Assembly (NCBI GenBank): GCA_964016885.1
Contig: OZ024745.1
Span: 119,784,001 to 119,848,000, forward strand
From: Eledone cirrhosa
Lineage: Eukaryota
DNA: 64,000 bases
Direction: 5' to 3'
Shown here piece after piece: positions 14,176 through 27,824 of the stretch (positions are counted from its first letter, which is position 1; every line of letters begins with the position of its first letter). A program made the translations under genes and the position numbers. A model generated the notes under the pieces. It saw only the letters and a list, made by a program, of their open reading frames with translations, was not told where the DNA came from and searched no databases.

Positions 14176-14365
14176 GGCGGTGGATTGGCAGTATCGGTAG
14201 AGGGTCGGACGCCATGCTTTGACGCATAGAGTTACGGCCCTTGCCATTCTGAGTTCAAATCTCGCCGAGGTTAACTTTGCCTTTCATCCTTACGGGGGTC
14301 GATAAAATAAAGTACCAGTAATACACTGGGCAATTGCTGGCCTTATGCCAAAAGTAGAAACAATT
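14176..14365 (+). mobile_element. tRNA-derived SINE with ~19-bp TSD
   Basis: GGCGGTGGATTGGCAGTATCGG (A box), GAGTTCAAATC (B box); TSD ATTATTTTCATATAATGAG on both sides. Confidence 0.9.
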
Positions 14366-14554
14366 ATTTTCATATAATGAGTCGATTCTGAGGAGGACCA
14401 ATTGATATCAACTCCACATACAGATTGGATTTCGTTGTGAGTGGAAATCAGATCGTTGTGTATCGAATGATACAACACAAGATATTTAAACTGATATCTC
14501 TGATATCTCTGGCAATTACATGTCTTTTAAATTAATGTTCAACAAAATATGAAT

Positions 14555-15080
14555 AGTAACGACGGTGGCTGCAATGATGATGGTGATGATGGTGATGATG
14601 GTGACGATGGTGACGATGATGATGGTGACGATGATGATCATGTTGATAGTGACGACGACAACGATGGTGGTGATGATGTTGATGATGAAGTTGATGATGA
14701 AGTTGATGATGATGACGACGATGATGATGTTGATGACGACGACGACAACGATGGTGGTGATGATGATGATGATGAAGATGACGACGACGACGACGACGAT
14801 GTTGATGGTGACGACGATAACGATGGTGGTGACGATGATGATGATGATGATGAAGGGGATGATGACGACGACGACGATGGTGATGTTGACGACGACAACG
14901 ATGGTGGTGATGATGATGAAGATGACGATGATGTTGATGGTGACGACGACAACGATGGTGGTGATGATGATGATGATGAAGATGATGTTGATGGTGACGA
15001 CGACAACGATGGTGGTGATGATGATCATGATGAAGATGATGAGGAGGAGGAGGTAGAGGAGTAGGAGGAGGAGGAGGGAC
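14555..15080. repeat. (GAT/GAC/GGT)n trinucleotide array with ~60-bp higher-order unit
   Basis: Recurrent unit GATGTTGATGGTGACGACGACAACGATGGTGGTGATGAT...; several frames are open. Confidence 0.9.
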
Positions 15081-15734
15081 GAAGTCATCATCTATTCGCT
15101 TATGAAAAAAAAAATAGCTTTTACTTGCATTTTTTCTGCAACATTCTTCATCGGTTGAAATATTTTTCCTGAGTTGTCAGTTTTATTAACAGTCATAAAG
15201 ACTAACTACTATCTAAAATGCCATGAAAGTGAAATATCACAGTAGAGTATCAAGTAAAAGCAGTAACCTAGGACATTTTATATACGAAATGAATGTTTAT
15301 TATATATATAAGATATCAACATTTTCAGTGAAACATAAAATACGTATCTTACAATCGGGGTATGTCAACCCGAGTATATTCATGCATTATTTACGAGAGA
15401 AATAAGGAACTTCAGTTATTTCACAAATTAATTTACGAGAGTTTCGTAATAACATCAAATTACAGTAAAGCAATACAACCTTATGGATAAAAACACTTCA
15501 CGTAATGACATAAAAATGAATTATTACCCTTTGCCTTACATTCGATATTTAACATATTAAGACATAATATACTGAGCTCATGCTTATATATGTTTTAATG
15601 GGTGGCAAACTATTTGACTCTAAACTATTGAATAGTTTATAAAGTGTAGACGTGATGGCTCACGTGTTTAAATTTTGAGATCGAATCCGATATAGTACAT
15701 ATCTGTAACAATAATTAATATTAATATAATTGTG

Positions 15735-15925
15735 GTTACATAACATCTATAGTGCATCGGACGAAATACTTCGAAATCGTTACTCTGGCTCTCTATTTTC
15801 TCAATTCAAATCCCAACTTAGTTAACTGTGCTTTTCATCCTTCTAAGGTCAATAGAATCGAATATCAGATAAGTATCGAATATCGTCTCATTTCTCATTG
15901 CTGACATCATGCCTAAATTAGAAGC
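15735..15925 (+). mobile_element. Old degenerate SINE
   Basis: TTCAAATCCCAAC...GTTAACTGTGCTTTTCATCCTTCTAAGGTCAATA...GCCTAAATTAGAAGC. Confidence 0.55.
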
Positions 15926-16184
15926 AAATGCCGAATCCAAGTCTCATAGAGATGATACTTTGCATTTGATTTTTCCTAGGTCAATAAAGGGAAATATTAA
16001 TTCTCTATTGGGTCGATTTAATCGACCTTAACCTATCTCCCAGTTGTTGGTTTGAGCTTAGAATTAAACCAATTACTTTTATTATTTGTTCGTCTGTCTC
16101 ATGCGATTCTACAACATCACTAGATGCACCTACAAGATTACAAAATGTGAGCAGAATTTCTCTACTTTTATTTGTTTGGAGGAA

Positions 16185-16525
16185 GGCGGTGGATTCGGAG
16201 TATCGGAAGAGGGTCTGACGCCATGCTTTGCAGCACAGAGTTACGGCCTTTTACGGTCTGTGTTCAAATCCTGTCGAGGTTATCTTTGCCTTTCATCCCT
16301 ACTGAGCCTTGTGTCTATACTAGAAATCATTATTTGTTTGGAGGTGAGGGCGGTGGGCCGCAGAATCGGTAGAGCGTCGTTCTGGTTTCAAATTTCGCCG
16401 AGTTCTATTTTGCCTTTCACCCTTACGGGGACGATAAAATATAGTACCAGTGATGCAGTGGTTTAATTTAATTGAATTCCCCCCCCCCCCAAATTGTAGG
16501 CCTTGTACCTAAATCAGAAACCTTT
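16185..16525 (+). mobile_element. Two tandem tRNA SINEs separated by a repeated target sequence
   Basis: SINE heads at about 16185 and 16348; TTATTTGTTTGGAGG-like sequence occurs before, between and after them. Confidence 0.8.
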
Positions 16526-16640
16526 ATTTGTTTGGGTGTGGTTAGTTATTTTGCCCTGTTAGAAAACTACATCAGTATTTTTCTTGCTATGGTGTTTGGC
16601 TTTTTGTGTCTGGTGTTATTGTAGTGACTGTTATGTTAAG

Positions 16641-16950
16641 AAGGCGCATGGCGTCGTGGTTAGAACAGTGTGCTGGCAATCGGACCGGGGGATGCGCTGT
16701 GTCCTTTAGCAAGACACTTTATTTCACGTTGCTCCAGTTTACTCAGCTCTATGAATGAGATGCGACGCAATGGGCGTCAAGCTCTATTGAGCAGTGACTT
16801 TCCCTCGGATACCATCAGGGACATGGAGAGGGGAAACCGGTTTGCATGGGCGACTGCTGGTTTTCCACAAACAACCTTGCATGGATTTGTAACTCAGAGG
16901 GGGACATACATGGTTCAAATCAAGTGGTCATTCATGACTGAAGGGGGTCT
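16641..16950 (+). mobile_element. CORE-type tRNA SINE
   Basis: AAGGCGCATGGCGTCGTGGTTAG...TGTGTCCTTTAGCAAGACACTTTATTTCACGTTGCTCCAGTTTACTCAGCT...GCATGGGCGACTGCTGG. Confidence 0.8.
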
Positions 16951-17321
16951 TCAGTTCTATTGTGTAGATTATATATGATATGAATCGTGTTATTTTGTTG
17001 AGTGGTTTCATATGTATTGTATAATTGAGGGTATGAGATGCGATGCCAGGTATTTGGTTTGTAATGTACGTAGTATTAATGCAATATGGCTGTCTCGAGC
17101 TTGGGTCGTGGCAGCATATCTATTGTAGTGCCAGGTGTCGAGTATATGGAGTATTTTTTATTGATTGTTAATCATTTAGACTATACGTGTATATCGTTTC
17201 ATTATATTGTGTTGTTTTATTGGATGTATATTGTATAGGCTGTATATTGTGAATGTGTGTATATTTGACTGTTCCGATGTTACTATTGAATCGAATATAT
17301 CTTAATAGTATGTTGGTTGTA

Positions 17322-17445
17322 TCTTCTTCTTCTTCTTCTTTGCCCACTTATTCTTGAGAGGATCGCGGAGGAAGTGGGGGGCAGAATCCTCAAAGCCTCC
17401 TTTCAACTGGTCCAGTCAGAAGCAACCGTCTCCAACTAAGCTGTA
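17322..17445 (-). mobile_element. RTE-like LINE 3' end with (GAA)n tail
   Basis: (TTC)n tract followed by sequence similar to 23963-24060 (CAGAAG..CCGTCTCCAA). Confidence 0.55.
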
Positions 17446-18234
17446 GCTATGAAAGTTAATTTGGACAGTATAAGGTTGTGATCACCGATGTGGCTATTAC
17501 GTTATGTTCATACTTATTAAATACTACTTAACGATCCAATTATTATTGACTCTGTGTTTATCTTGTGGCATCGTACCTTGTTTATTTCAATTTTCTAATT
17601 CTTAGAATTTAACAATTTAGTGAAACATTTTGATCGAATGTATGTGTTTTTGGTCTACCACTATGTATGTGTTTATGGTCATTCATTGATTAATATATCT
17701 AGGTCGCTTTCCATAATACTTTTGTCAATTTGAATAAGCACCTCCACCTCCCAGAAGATTGTAGCTCAGCTGATGTCAGATTTACATTGACATTTTGGCA
17801 TAATGACGGTGAAAATGGCCATCACGTCTATCGTGTTTGTATATACATTAATACTTACCAAGTAGTGAACAGCTGGAAAGGATATGGTGAACCGTTTCAT
17901 TGCACTAATTGACTAGCCTGACGTTGATGAGAGGGCCTGCTATCATGAGGTTTGCAATTCTTTAGAGCCCTTTATGGGTTTGCAGTTAACATCAAAGACA
18001 TCGATTTTTCTGCATTTAGAACAAAGCTTTTGATCCATTGGGGATTTTTACTCTGGCGTAATTGTTTTTCTGGAAAGTCGTGCGAAGTATTGGCTGTAGC
18101 GTGTCTATTTCTCTGCCTTTCACCATTGGTATATTTTGAAATTCTAATTTAATATATGTTGTTGTTTTTTTCTTTAAACGTTTGTGATCTATTTTTAATA
18201 TATACATCTCTTGTTTCAGTGTAGTAAGCCTATA

Positions 18235-18436
18235 TGTGTTCACACCTGGAGAGGAATGGGATCTGCCGGGCTTAAAATGCCCAGTAAATACCGTATGCCA
18301 CTACAATGCCCATACACCCTCTTCATATATATATATATATATATATGAAGAGGGTCTATGGGCGCTGTAGTGGCATACGGTATTTCCTGGGCATTTTAAG
18401 CCCGCCAGATCCCATTCCTCTCCAGGTGTGAACACA
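18235..18436. repeat. ~90-bp inverted repeat centred on a (TA)n tract
   Basis: TGTGTTCACACCTGGAGAGG...CCCTCTTCA-(TA)n-TGAAGAGGG...CCTCTCCAGGTGTGAACACA, with few mismatches. Confidence 0.95.
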
Positions 18437-18489
18437 GAAAGGAACAGAATGTGAGAGAATGGAAGTGAGAAAGATATATAGCCGAAGAA

Positions 18490-18640
18490 TCGACCGCAGT
18501 ACTAGACTAGTACACTTTTATCGACATTGAAAGGATAAAAGACAAAGTTCGACTCAGCGGGATTTGAACAAAGAGGGAAGAAATTCTGTGTAAATACCAC
18601 AAAGCCTTCTATCCGGTGGTCTATCGTATCTTCCAATATA
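18490..18640 (-). mobile_element. Degenerate tRNA SINE
   Basis: TTTTATCGAC...AGGATAAAAGACAAAGTTCGACTCAGCGGGATTTGAAC. Confidence 0.6.
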
Positions 18641-19794
18641 TACAGACATATATATATATATGTAGAAATGGTATTTTTTGCATGTTTTCTTATTGCAACT
18701 TACAGCTGTTCTCCTCTTACTTCCAGGAATATTTCTATCGTATTTGTTGATATTTAATAGTAGTTTTCTATTTGTATATTTCTTTGGCATCGGGGGTAAG
18801 TATATTCTACTTATATCTACTTCAAGATGCTGGCCTTAGAAGACTGAGGTAATTCACTTGCTCGTCTAATCTTTACAGTTCACTTAGTTTCCAATATATT
18901 ATGATGAGCTAGTAATTTATAACTTAGACTTCACTGAATTGAAATTTTGATATTTGTATAATCCTCTGTGTAAGAAAATGTATTATTATATAATCCTCTG
19001 TAAGAAAATGTATTATTAACAATTATTCCTGGACGAAATCAGATGTACTATTATTTGACAAACAAGAGTTTGGAACGTAATAACATATATATTAATAGAT
19101 GATGTTGAAGAATGTTCAATGTTGTATGCGTCATTTCATATATTCTCAAAACCATCGTCTTGGGTTTATGTTTGACTCAATACGGCTTCTGATGATGGAC
19201 TTGGAAAAGAAGATAAGAACAAATGAAAAGGCGATGAATGCACCACCATTCAAGAGATAGATAAACAAATAAATAATAATATAGAAAAGAAAATAATTGT
19301 AGAATACATGACAATGAGATTTCAAAAGTAACTGTAATAAAATTTACAATAAAAAGCAAATAAAATTATAATTGCAGGCAGTTGCATTTTCAAACTGGAA
19401 AACACAAACTAGCAAACTGTTCCGCTATTGAAAAAAATTACCAAACATTATTAAAAACTACAAACTACTATATGTTAAATTTTGTAATGATGTTGGGGTG
19501 CGAAAGATTTAAAATATTATGGTAGAGTTTATACGGTTATACCTCTAGCACGATCAGAAAACTTAGACAGAATAAATACATCAAGTATCTTCCTATTTAT
19601 TTGTGTGTGTCCAGAAGTGTGCAATATTTCATACATGCGTCTAATTATTTAAATGTTTCTTATATAGAACTAATATTTTCTTTCACTTCACGGAATGTGT
19701 TTTCAACAACAGCACAAAATATATATTTTCGGCTAACTTCTTCTTAGGCATATGAATGATGTATGTAAGACGGCATACAAACCAGGGACAGGTG

Positions 19795-20085
19795 CAATGT
19801 GTCCGGACACGAAGAGCCGAACTCCCACTGTCATTGCCTCCATCTCTCTCGCCCTCCCCATCTCTCAGTATTAATAGCAAATGGGGTCCGATGTGCTTGC
19901 CGCCACACAACCCTGGCGGAAAGAATGGAGAAGTTGTTTCCCCTGAGGATGGTAAGGGAGATGCGCTGGAAGAGCCATTCCACCTCGCGAGGCTCACACC
20001 TGCGGTTGGCCAGCTCAGCGCCTATGGTGGTGAGTAGGGAAGTAGCCCTAGGACCAAGCACACCAGCAGTCTCCATATACTTCAC
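19795..20085 (-). mobile_element. CRE-clade non-LTR retrotransposon 3' end
   Basis: METAGVLGPRATSLLTTIGAELANRRCEPREVEWLFQRISLTILRGNNFSIL is the RLE C-terminus; homologous to 27560-27750. Confidence 0.85.
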
Positions 20086-20737
20086 GCAAAATACTTTAAA
20101 CAGCATTGAAACTTTTGCGTTATAAGCACTTTGAATATTGTCAATCTCCGTTTACTTTTAAACCTTCACAGCTCGCGTTTTAAGGTGGCTTTATATTCTG
20201 CGTATGTCATTTTAATAGCAGTTAGATTCGTAGGGCACTCTCCCAAAACTTTCACGATTGTCTGTTTCTTTCTTACTGCTTCCCCTCTCTCTGTATCTCT
20301 CACCTTCTTTTTACCCCCTCTGCCAATCACACTCTCTCTCGGCTGGTCTCTTCCTCACACATCCACTCACTCACTCTCTGCTTCTCCCCCTCTCTCACTT
20401 CCTCCCGTTTGACCTGTGTGAAATCCTTTTCTTGCTCACATATCACCCATGTCGGATGGTCTGTATCTCTCGTCCATGATTTCACCAAGCTTAAGCTTAC
20501 AGATATCATGTACTTGTCTCTTCCTATCTTTCCGTTGCAATACCATCTTTGTTTGTTTACATGTCTCGCTCGTTTCACCCTATTTTACTTGTCCCAATAA
20601 CTTTATTTAGTTATTGCTGGCACCAACCAGAGGTATATGATTTTAAAGCGAAGAAATACCAATGAGAGTTGGAAGATCACTGATGAAGGACTAATTTTAT
20701 TCATATGTAGCCCATGTGCAACCACGCAGTACTCCAG

Positions 20738-20799
<62 letters not shown>

Positions 20800-21469
20800 G
20801 AGGTACTACGTACATATAAACACATATGGTACTTTAATTACTGAACAATGAAAATATTTCCGCTAGGTAGTAGACAGCTCCTGTCAGATGTTATCTCGTT
20901 ATTATTTCTATTTCATTACTTTATTTATTACTTTATATATTAATTTATTTCCGTATGTTAATGTCATATATTGGTCTAACATTTATTACCATTCTACTAA
21001 ACTCTCATTTGTCCCCACCGACATATGAGGCCAGATAAGTATCGATTTGTCATCATAATAGGTTTGCTTTTATATATGAAAATCGTTAACATTGGTGGTG
21101 TTCATACTTTTAAAATATAACTTAGCAAGTCACCGGATGAAACAATTTTCTCCGTCTCAAAACATGCTGTAGCCCTTTCTGCCAGTGAGCGCTACTGCAC
21201 TGAGTGATTTCCCATCATCACCACTTAAGCTTCGCTGCTTAAGTGTGATTTATTTTATTGGAAGCATTTAGTGCAGGTTGCCGATGTGGGTATACCGTTC
21301 TCCTAACTTTATATCATTTCCAAAGGCTTTTAGAGGGTACAGAGGCACTGCTCTGATGTTAGTGACTAAACAGTACAAAATCAATGAGGCATCTAAAATC
21401 TAAAAGTAGCTCCTATTTTCGGACGCAGATAACAAGAACAATAAAATGAAGCGAACTATAGGGTCTGAA

Positions 21470-22920
21470 TACATAAGGAGAGTAGGAAACTATTATAATT
21501 ACATCTACATATCAGAATTGCCATAATTGCAATAAATTCCAGAGCTTTGTCTATTATTAGGTACTGTGAAAGATCGGTGGATTAACAGATCGACAGAGAG
21601 TCGGACACTCAGCTTCGTGGGAAAGAGTTGCGGACCTTTGCGTTCTGAGTTCAAATCCAGCCGATGTTAGCTTTGCCTTCATCATTACGAGGTTGATAAT
21701 CTAAAGCACCAGTAATGCACTGGAGTCGATTTAATCGTGTGTTGTTGGCCTTGTGTCTGAATCAGAAGCCATTATTAAATACAGTGCAGAAATTCTTAAA
21801 TCAAATGTAAACGAGCAAAAAAATACTGGATATAAAGACAAGGAAATTAATGAATACCTACGGATGTTTCATGAGATAGTGCAGTTGATAGAATGTACTA
21901 AAAGATATCTGAAGTTGGGAGAGATCTTATCATTGTGGAAGACTGTGTTCAGATGGAGAAGAGCTGTTTACACAAATGTCTCACAGAGTAACGAACCAAT
22001 ACTTAAGGCTGTATCGAAGTAGATAATAGACCAAGTGATGTCAAGAACGTAACGAGAAAGAGGAAGCACATCCTGAATGAAAAAGCCTTTCATAGTATTT
22101 TCTTTAAGAAAACAGAATTCAGAGAATCGCAGACATAGCACTGGTAAAAAAGGGGACCTTAAGAAAGCTAGAGGAAATGCTACTGGCTGCAACGTAGGAA
22201 ACCCTTAACACGAAGTTGGTGGAACATCGTATTGACTAGGAGGATGCTAAACCACTCTATAGGATCTGTGGGGAGAGAGAGGAGACTGTGGCTCACATCA
22301 TATCCGAGTGTAAACACATAGTCCCGGGTCATTTTAAAGGATTGAGGCATGATATAGGAAAATTGATCCACTGGCATTTATGCAAACTGAATAATTTACC
22401 CCATTCTGAGAAATGGATTGGGCACAAGCCAGAGTCGGTGATAGAAAACGATCGAGTGAAGGTGCTATGGGATTTCAGGATACAGACAGACAAGAAATTA
22501 AAACACAATAGACCTGATCTGGTGGTTTTTGACAAGGAAACATATCGTGTCTGATTGTAGGTTGTAGCGTGCCCCTTTGACACAAGTGTGTAAGGAAAGG
22601 AGAAAGTTAACCGATACCAGTATTTAAGGTGCGAATTAAAAAGGATTTGGGACTGTCATGAGATCAAGGTCGTTCCAATTGTCATAGGAGCAACTAGGTA
22701 CTATCTCAAAGAGTTTTCAAAGATGGTTAAAGAACATTAATCCAGCTCCCTTTTTTTAGAACGCTTCAAAAAGCATGCTTGCTGGGACCAGCAAGAGCCC
22801 TCCGATACGTCCTGAATATCTGAGTCTGCAGGTAACGGCTTGATGTTCATTTCAACAAACTTTCCAGTTAAATAACATCAATGATTGAGACTCCAACAAA
22901 ATAATAATAATAATAGTAAT
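21470..22920 (+). mobile_element. R4/Dong-clade LINE relic (RLE) with (TAA)n tail, interrupted by a SINE at ~21575-21770
   Basis: ICG..ETVAHIISECK, RHD, IHWHLC, KVLWDFRIQTDKKLKHNRPDLVVFDK, VVPIVIGA, LQKACLLG..RYVLNI*; frameshifted. Confidence 0.85.
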
Positions 22921-23079
22921 TTACCAAACGTGGATAAGTCCAGATTGACACACATAATGGATGTAGATATTTTGGTTGGAGGTGGAGGTGGAGGCGGAAG
23001 ATGGTGGTATAAAAGATGAACTAATGTAAAATAAAATCAAGAAAGATTACATGTAAAGTACAGAAAAGATATTCATATC

Positions 23080-23715
23080 CAAACTTTATGGCTTGAATAA
23101 TATCAGCACCAATTTAAGGGCAGTATCCTTAATCATAGCACATGAAAAATATAATGCATAAAGGAAGACCTTGAAATACAAAGATAGAAATACAAAGAAC
23201 GTGATGTCAATATACAGAGCGTTATATCCACTGTCATATTGTGTGTTGATAGGCTGTATTTCAGCAGAATATGGCTTGTAAGAGGGCTGATAAGCGTAGA
23301 ATGTTTTGTGGGGATAGAAGTAGAGAGCCTGAGGAAATATTTTGCTCAAGTGAAGAGCAAAGATACGAAATAAAAGCAAGGAAAATGTGCAATCTTCAAA
23401 ACTAGAAATCAACGATATGAGAAGAAAAACTCACACAGAAACTCTACCCCCAAAACTGAAAGTTATTGAGAGGAAAATTCAGTCAAGTGGCTAGAATAGG
23501 GAGATCTGAAGAGAGAGAGAGGGGGGGGGGGAGAAAGGGTAAAAGAGATAGATTGTTACATAAATAGAGAGAGATAGAGAGAGAGAAAGAAAGAGAGATA
23601 GAGAGATAGAGAGATAGATAGAGAGAGAGACAGAGTGAGCTTAATTATAGTTGCACAAAAGGAGGCAATCAGAACGAAATATATGAAAAAATTCATAGAT
23701 AAAGAAGACATCCCA
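23080..23715 (+). mobile_element. Second R4/Dong LINE fragment
   Basis: Decayed DRLYFSR..RGLISVE and GDLKRE/TESLIIVAQKEAIRTKYMKKFIDKE, split by a (GA)n expansion. Confidence 0.7.
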
Positions 23716-23962
23716 GATGTAGTACAGGGTCACACAGTCAAGTGAATCAACTTCAGTACATTTATGGTAATATGTTACAAACTTCAAATGATTTAAACAT
23801 TAAACTAATAATCGACGTGATTTGATTTCTTAGATAGTAAATATAATTACTTACTTCAATGCATGTATATTTTCAAAATTCGTTCATGAATAATATTTAA
23901 ATTTAGGATGTAACAACATGCACTGGCATCTTCACAACTTGATTAGTACTGATTGAATATAT

Positions 23963-24245
23963 CTTCTTCTTCTTCTTCTTCTTCTTCTTCTTCTTGAGAG
24001 GGACAATGTCCTCAAATACTTTTTTTCCAGCAGGTCCTGCCAGAAGTCGCCGTCTCCAATTGATCCCACTGGGTCCCCAAGTGAGATCAGGTGAGCTCAT
24101 GGATGTTATTCAAACATCTTGCTCGGGTTCTACCCCTGGGTATCTTACCGATTGGTTTTACACGTAAAATATGTCCAGCAATTCTTGCTTGAGACACTCT
24201 AACCGCATATCCGTAATATCAGAGCTGTGATCTCTCAATTACTAA
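23963..24245 (-). mobile_element. RTE-clade LINE 3' end
   Basis: IERSQL*YYGYAVRVSQARIAGHILRVKPIGKIPRGRTRARCLNNI followed by a (GAA)n tail. Confidence 0.75.
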
Positions 24246-24604
24246 TATTTGAAGTCTTCGATCAAGTATTTGATTTAAAATTTAAAACAGTGACAGGAAC
24301 AACAAAAACATTGTTTTCTTCGTTCAGTGAAACGCCATGTTTCAATGATGAAGAACATTAGAATGAACGCTAATGGTATCATTGCTAGACTGAAATAAGA
24401 CAAAACCAGCCGAGGAATAATTTCAACTCAAAATAATATATCCCAATAATTCTATAGATGTTCTTGAATCTATGGAATCCACTGATTAAATTTCTAATGC
24501 ATTGTCTCCATGTAGATGAACGTCAAAGTTTAGATAAGGAGATTTCAATTTATAACTCGCGAGGCTTAATGTAATTGCTGTTTGATGACAAATTATTTCT
24601 ATTA

Positions 24605-24750
24605 ATAATTGTTTCTATATTTGGCACAAGGCCCAAAATTATCCCAGTGCATTACTAGTACTTTCTTTTATCGACCCCGTAAGGATGATACACAAAGTTA
24701 ACCTCGGTGGGATTTGAACTAAGACCATAAAGGACCGTAACTCTTTGCTA
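24605..24750 (-). mobile_element. tRNA SINE (partial)
   Basis: ATCGACCCCGTAAGGATG...AAAGTTAACCTCGGTGGGATTTGAACT. Confidence 0.8.
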
Positions 24751-25754
24751 CCAACAAAACAATCTCATAAAAGTTAGTCCTGGAGGCATATACTTTGCCA
24801 CGTTATGCGACTTATAATAAAAGCTGACTGCATTGAACTCATATTGTCGACACCAGAAGCTTTATCAATGAAACCATTTATTGTTCCGTCGTAAGAGATA
24901 TGAAATACTAGTTAATATTATGTTAACAACTAACAATCTAAACAAAACTTACATATTCTATAGGACTGTAATATTGATTTTAAAACAAGCTAATTTTTTA
25001 ACGTGCCTTATGACAATGGGAGCCAAAACGGAATGTATATTTGTTCTCGTATGTGTACAGTTGCACTTGCATTGGTGTTACGTGTTGGTGTCTGTTAGAT
25101 ATATTAGGAACGTAACAATGTCGTTTCGGAACGCATGTTGGATGAATTTAGTTACCATACTTGGTTATCTAGTTAGTAGGAAACTTCATTGTAGTTGATT
25201 TCTTCACTCGCAAATTATTACAATAAAGAATTTATGTGATATATAATTCATACACAGTTGTCACGATGTGAGTTATATTTGCGAGAAATGCTTGACGATC
25301 GTGTTGACTTTCGTAAAAGTATTAGGAAGAAGAAATACAATAGATTGAATGAAAATATTCTGAATACAGTTAAAGAGAAATTTGTGAAACGTGGTAGGTT
25401 AGTTCTGTATCGAAATAATGAGAACAATTTAATTATGTATATATTCATGAAGGTCTTTTCGAATTGGAAAGTTTCGAATCTGATTTGAAGTTTCCTTATG
25501 CATTATCCTATAAGGATCTTCACGAGATATTATTATATTTTGAATGTGTGCTACATCATTTAAAATGATGAACTGGATGGACACCACATCCTATGAATAG
25601 TTTAGTTCAAATTTGTGCGCTAACGAGGTATAGTGCAATAGACATGTAGATGCGGTTAGATTGGCGAGGTTATCAAGGCTGGTTTTCATAGTGATATAAT
25701 GCAGTCTATTCTCTAAGCTGAAAGATGGATTATAAAGAGTAATGTAAGTAAACA

Positions 25755-25944
25755 CCGACACACATATTAACACTCACACACACACTCACACACACATTAA
25801 CACTGACACACACACATATACACACGCACACATTCACACTGACACACACACATATACACACGCGCACACATGCACACACACATTCACACTCACACACACT
25901 CACACATTCACACTGACAAACACACTCACATACACATTCACACT

Positions 25945-26028
<84 letters not shown>
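25755..26028. repeat. (CA)n-derived minisatellite plus (TA)n
   Basis: Repeated CACACATTCACACTGACA units grading into (CA)n and (TA)n. Confidence 0.9.
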
Positions 26029-26030
<2 letters not shown>

Positions 26031-26519
26031 AAATGGGGTAAAGTTCCATACATCGAAGATTATAGGTAAAAAGTAAAAGTGGAAAAGCACAGGATAAAAG
26101 GAAAATAAGGTACCTTTAAAAGATTCCTTGTTTTCATTTAATCCGACAGAAATATTTTTAGATTTGGTATATTAAATGAATTCAAGTTTTGTTAAATATT
26201 ATAGGTTTCGATTGGTATGTCAATCTTATGAAATATTTAAAAATAATTATTCTTATATTTTGGGAGCAGTTAGAACACGTGCGGTTCTGTTGAAATCTCA
26301 TAAATATTTGTTTATGATGGTATGATGGTGAGGGAAGACGTGGGTTTCAACAGGTGAGGATTCATTTGATTTAGTAAGAAATTACATTGGTAAAAATAAA
26401 AAGTTCTTTTACTATTTTGAAAACAGGCTCAGGTAGCATTTTGTTGTTCTGGTGTGTGTATCTATATATTTAAGTGGGGCGGGGTATTCCATTGTGTCAA
26501 GAGTTCAAGTTTGTAACAG

Positions 26520-27800
26520 ATGTCTAGACGCCACCTTCTAATTACAATTGCGGCATTCATCAACAGGTTCATCCGTGGTGTCCTGGACCCTTATACCCGA
26601 GACCTCTTCTTTTCGGCCAGCCTGACCACTCTCATGAAGAAAGAGGTGGCATATGCCCTATCACTGTGGGCAATGTCTTCCGGAGGCTGGCTGCTAAGAT
26701 TGTCTGCAAGTCCAAGAACTCATCCCGGTGCAACTATGGGTTGGTGTGTCTGGTGGATGTAAGGGGGCCGCACAAGCAGCTAGACAGTTCTTCAACAGCT
26801 GCCCACCGGAGCCAGGCACGTCATTGTCAAACTTGATATGAGGAATACCTTTAACTGTCTACGCCCGTGGCCATCTGCTCGGAGTCTGCCTCCGCCGAAG
26901 AAGCCCCTCTGCCAAGCCGCTGGCCTACTTGTAGTAGCACTGTGATCGAGGAACGTGAGGACGCCAGTGAGACTTGGAACCGGCTCGGACTCCTCTAAGT
27001 AATCGTCCCTCCTCCTTTTCCATCTGTATATGTATAATAGCCCATATCATATGGGATGCCATCCAGTGCGGCCTGGCCTCAGACAGGATAGCACGCCACT
27101 CGCCAACACCTCCTCGCAACCCCACAAAGGTGTCTGGCTCAATGCCTTAGCCTCCTTTTCGACTGGCACGCAGCTGGATAATGATAGCCTGCGATTCACA
27201 CAAATGTCACTCGCTGCGTATCCACCGTAGGCACTTTCGTCCTCCACCTGCTGTCCTGTGCCCGCCTTCCACGCCATGCTGCTCTCAATGATATTATAAA
27301 GCATGACTTGGATGCTGCAGACCTCCGCTCCCAGCTAGAACCGGAGGGACTCTAGCAAGTTGGCGAAAAAAGGCCAGATGGATTGACCATGTTACCTTTC
27401 CGCGGTGGTGAATTCCTCATCTGTGATTTCACATGCAGTGACACTTTCTCCCGCAGCAACCTGGCGCAGTCTGCGACTAATGAAGGTTCAGCTGCTCTTC
27501 GGGCCGAGGACGGTAAATACTCAAAATATCGGCCGCTCTCCGACAAGTTTGCGGTCGAGCCTATAGCAATGGAGACTTATGGGGTTCTTGGCCCTAGGAC
27601 CCTCTTCCTACTCCCCACCATCAGTACAGAGTTGGCTACCCATGGTGTGAGCCCTGCGAGCTGGAATGCCTCTTCCAACGCGTCTCCCTCACCATCATCC
27701 GTGGAAACGCCTTCTCTATTGTGTCCATCGGGGCCGCGGGTGGGCTAGCTCGTGGGCTCCCATTTGCTTATAATAGTGAGAGAATGGAAGAACGATAGAG
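26520..27800 (+). mobile_element. CRE-clade non-LTR retrotransposon relic (RT and RLE, internally deleted)
   Basis: FFSASLTTLMKK, PITVGNVFRRLAAKIVC, VIVKLDMRNTFN, WLNAL, HAALNDII, KRPDGLTMLPF..LICDFTCSDT, EPIAMETYGVLGP. Confidence 0.85.
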
Positions 27801-27824
27801 ACGGGAGCATTAATGGTTTCATAT

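Noticed and set aside
14176-14270. tRNA gene (A and B boxes)
   Set aside because: This is a SINE head with no cloverleaf or poly-T terminator.
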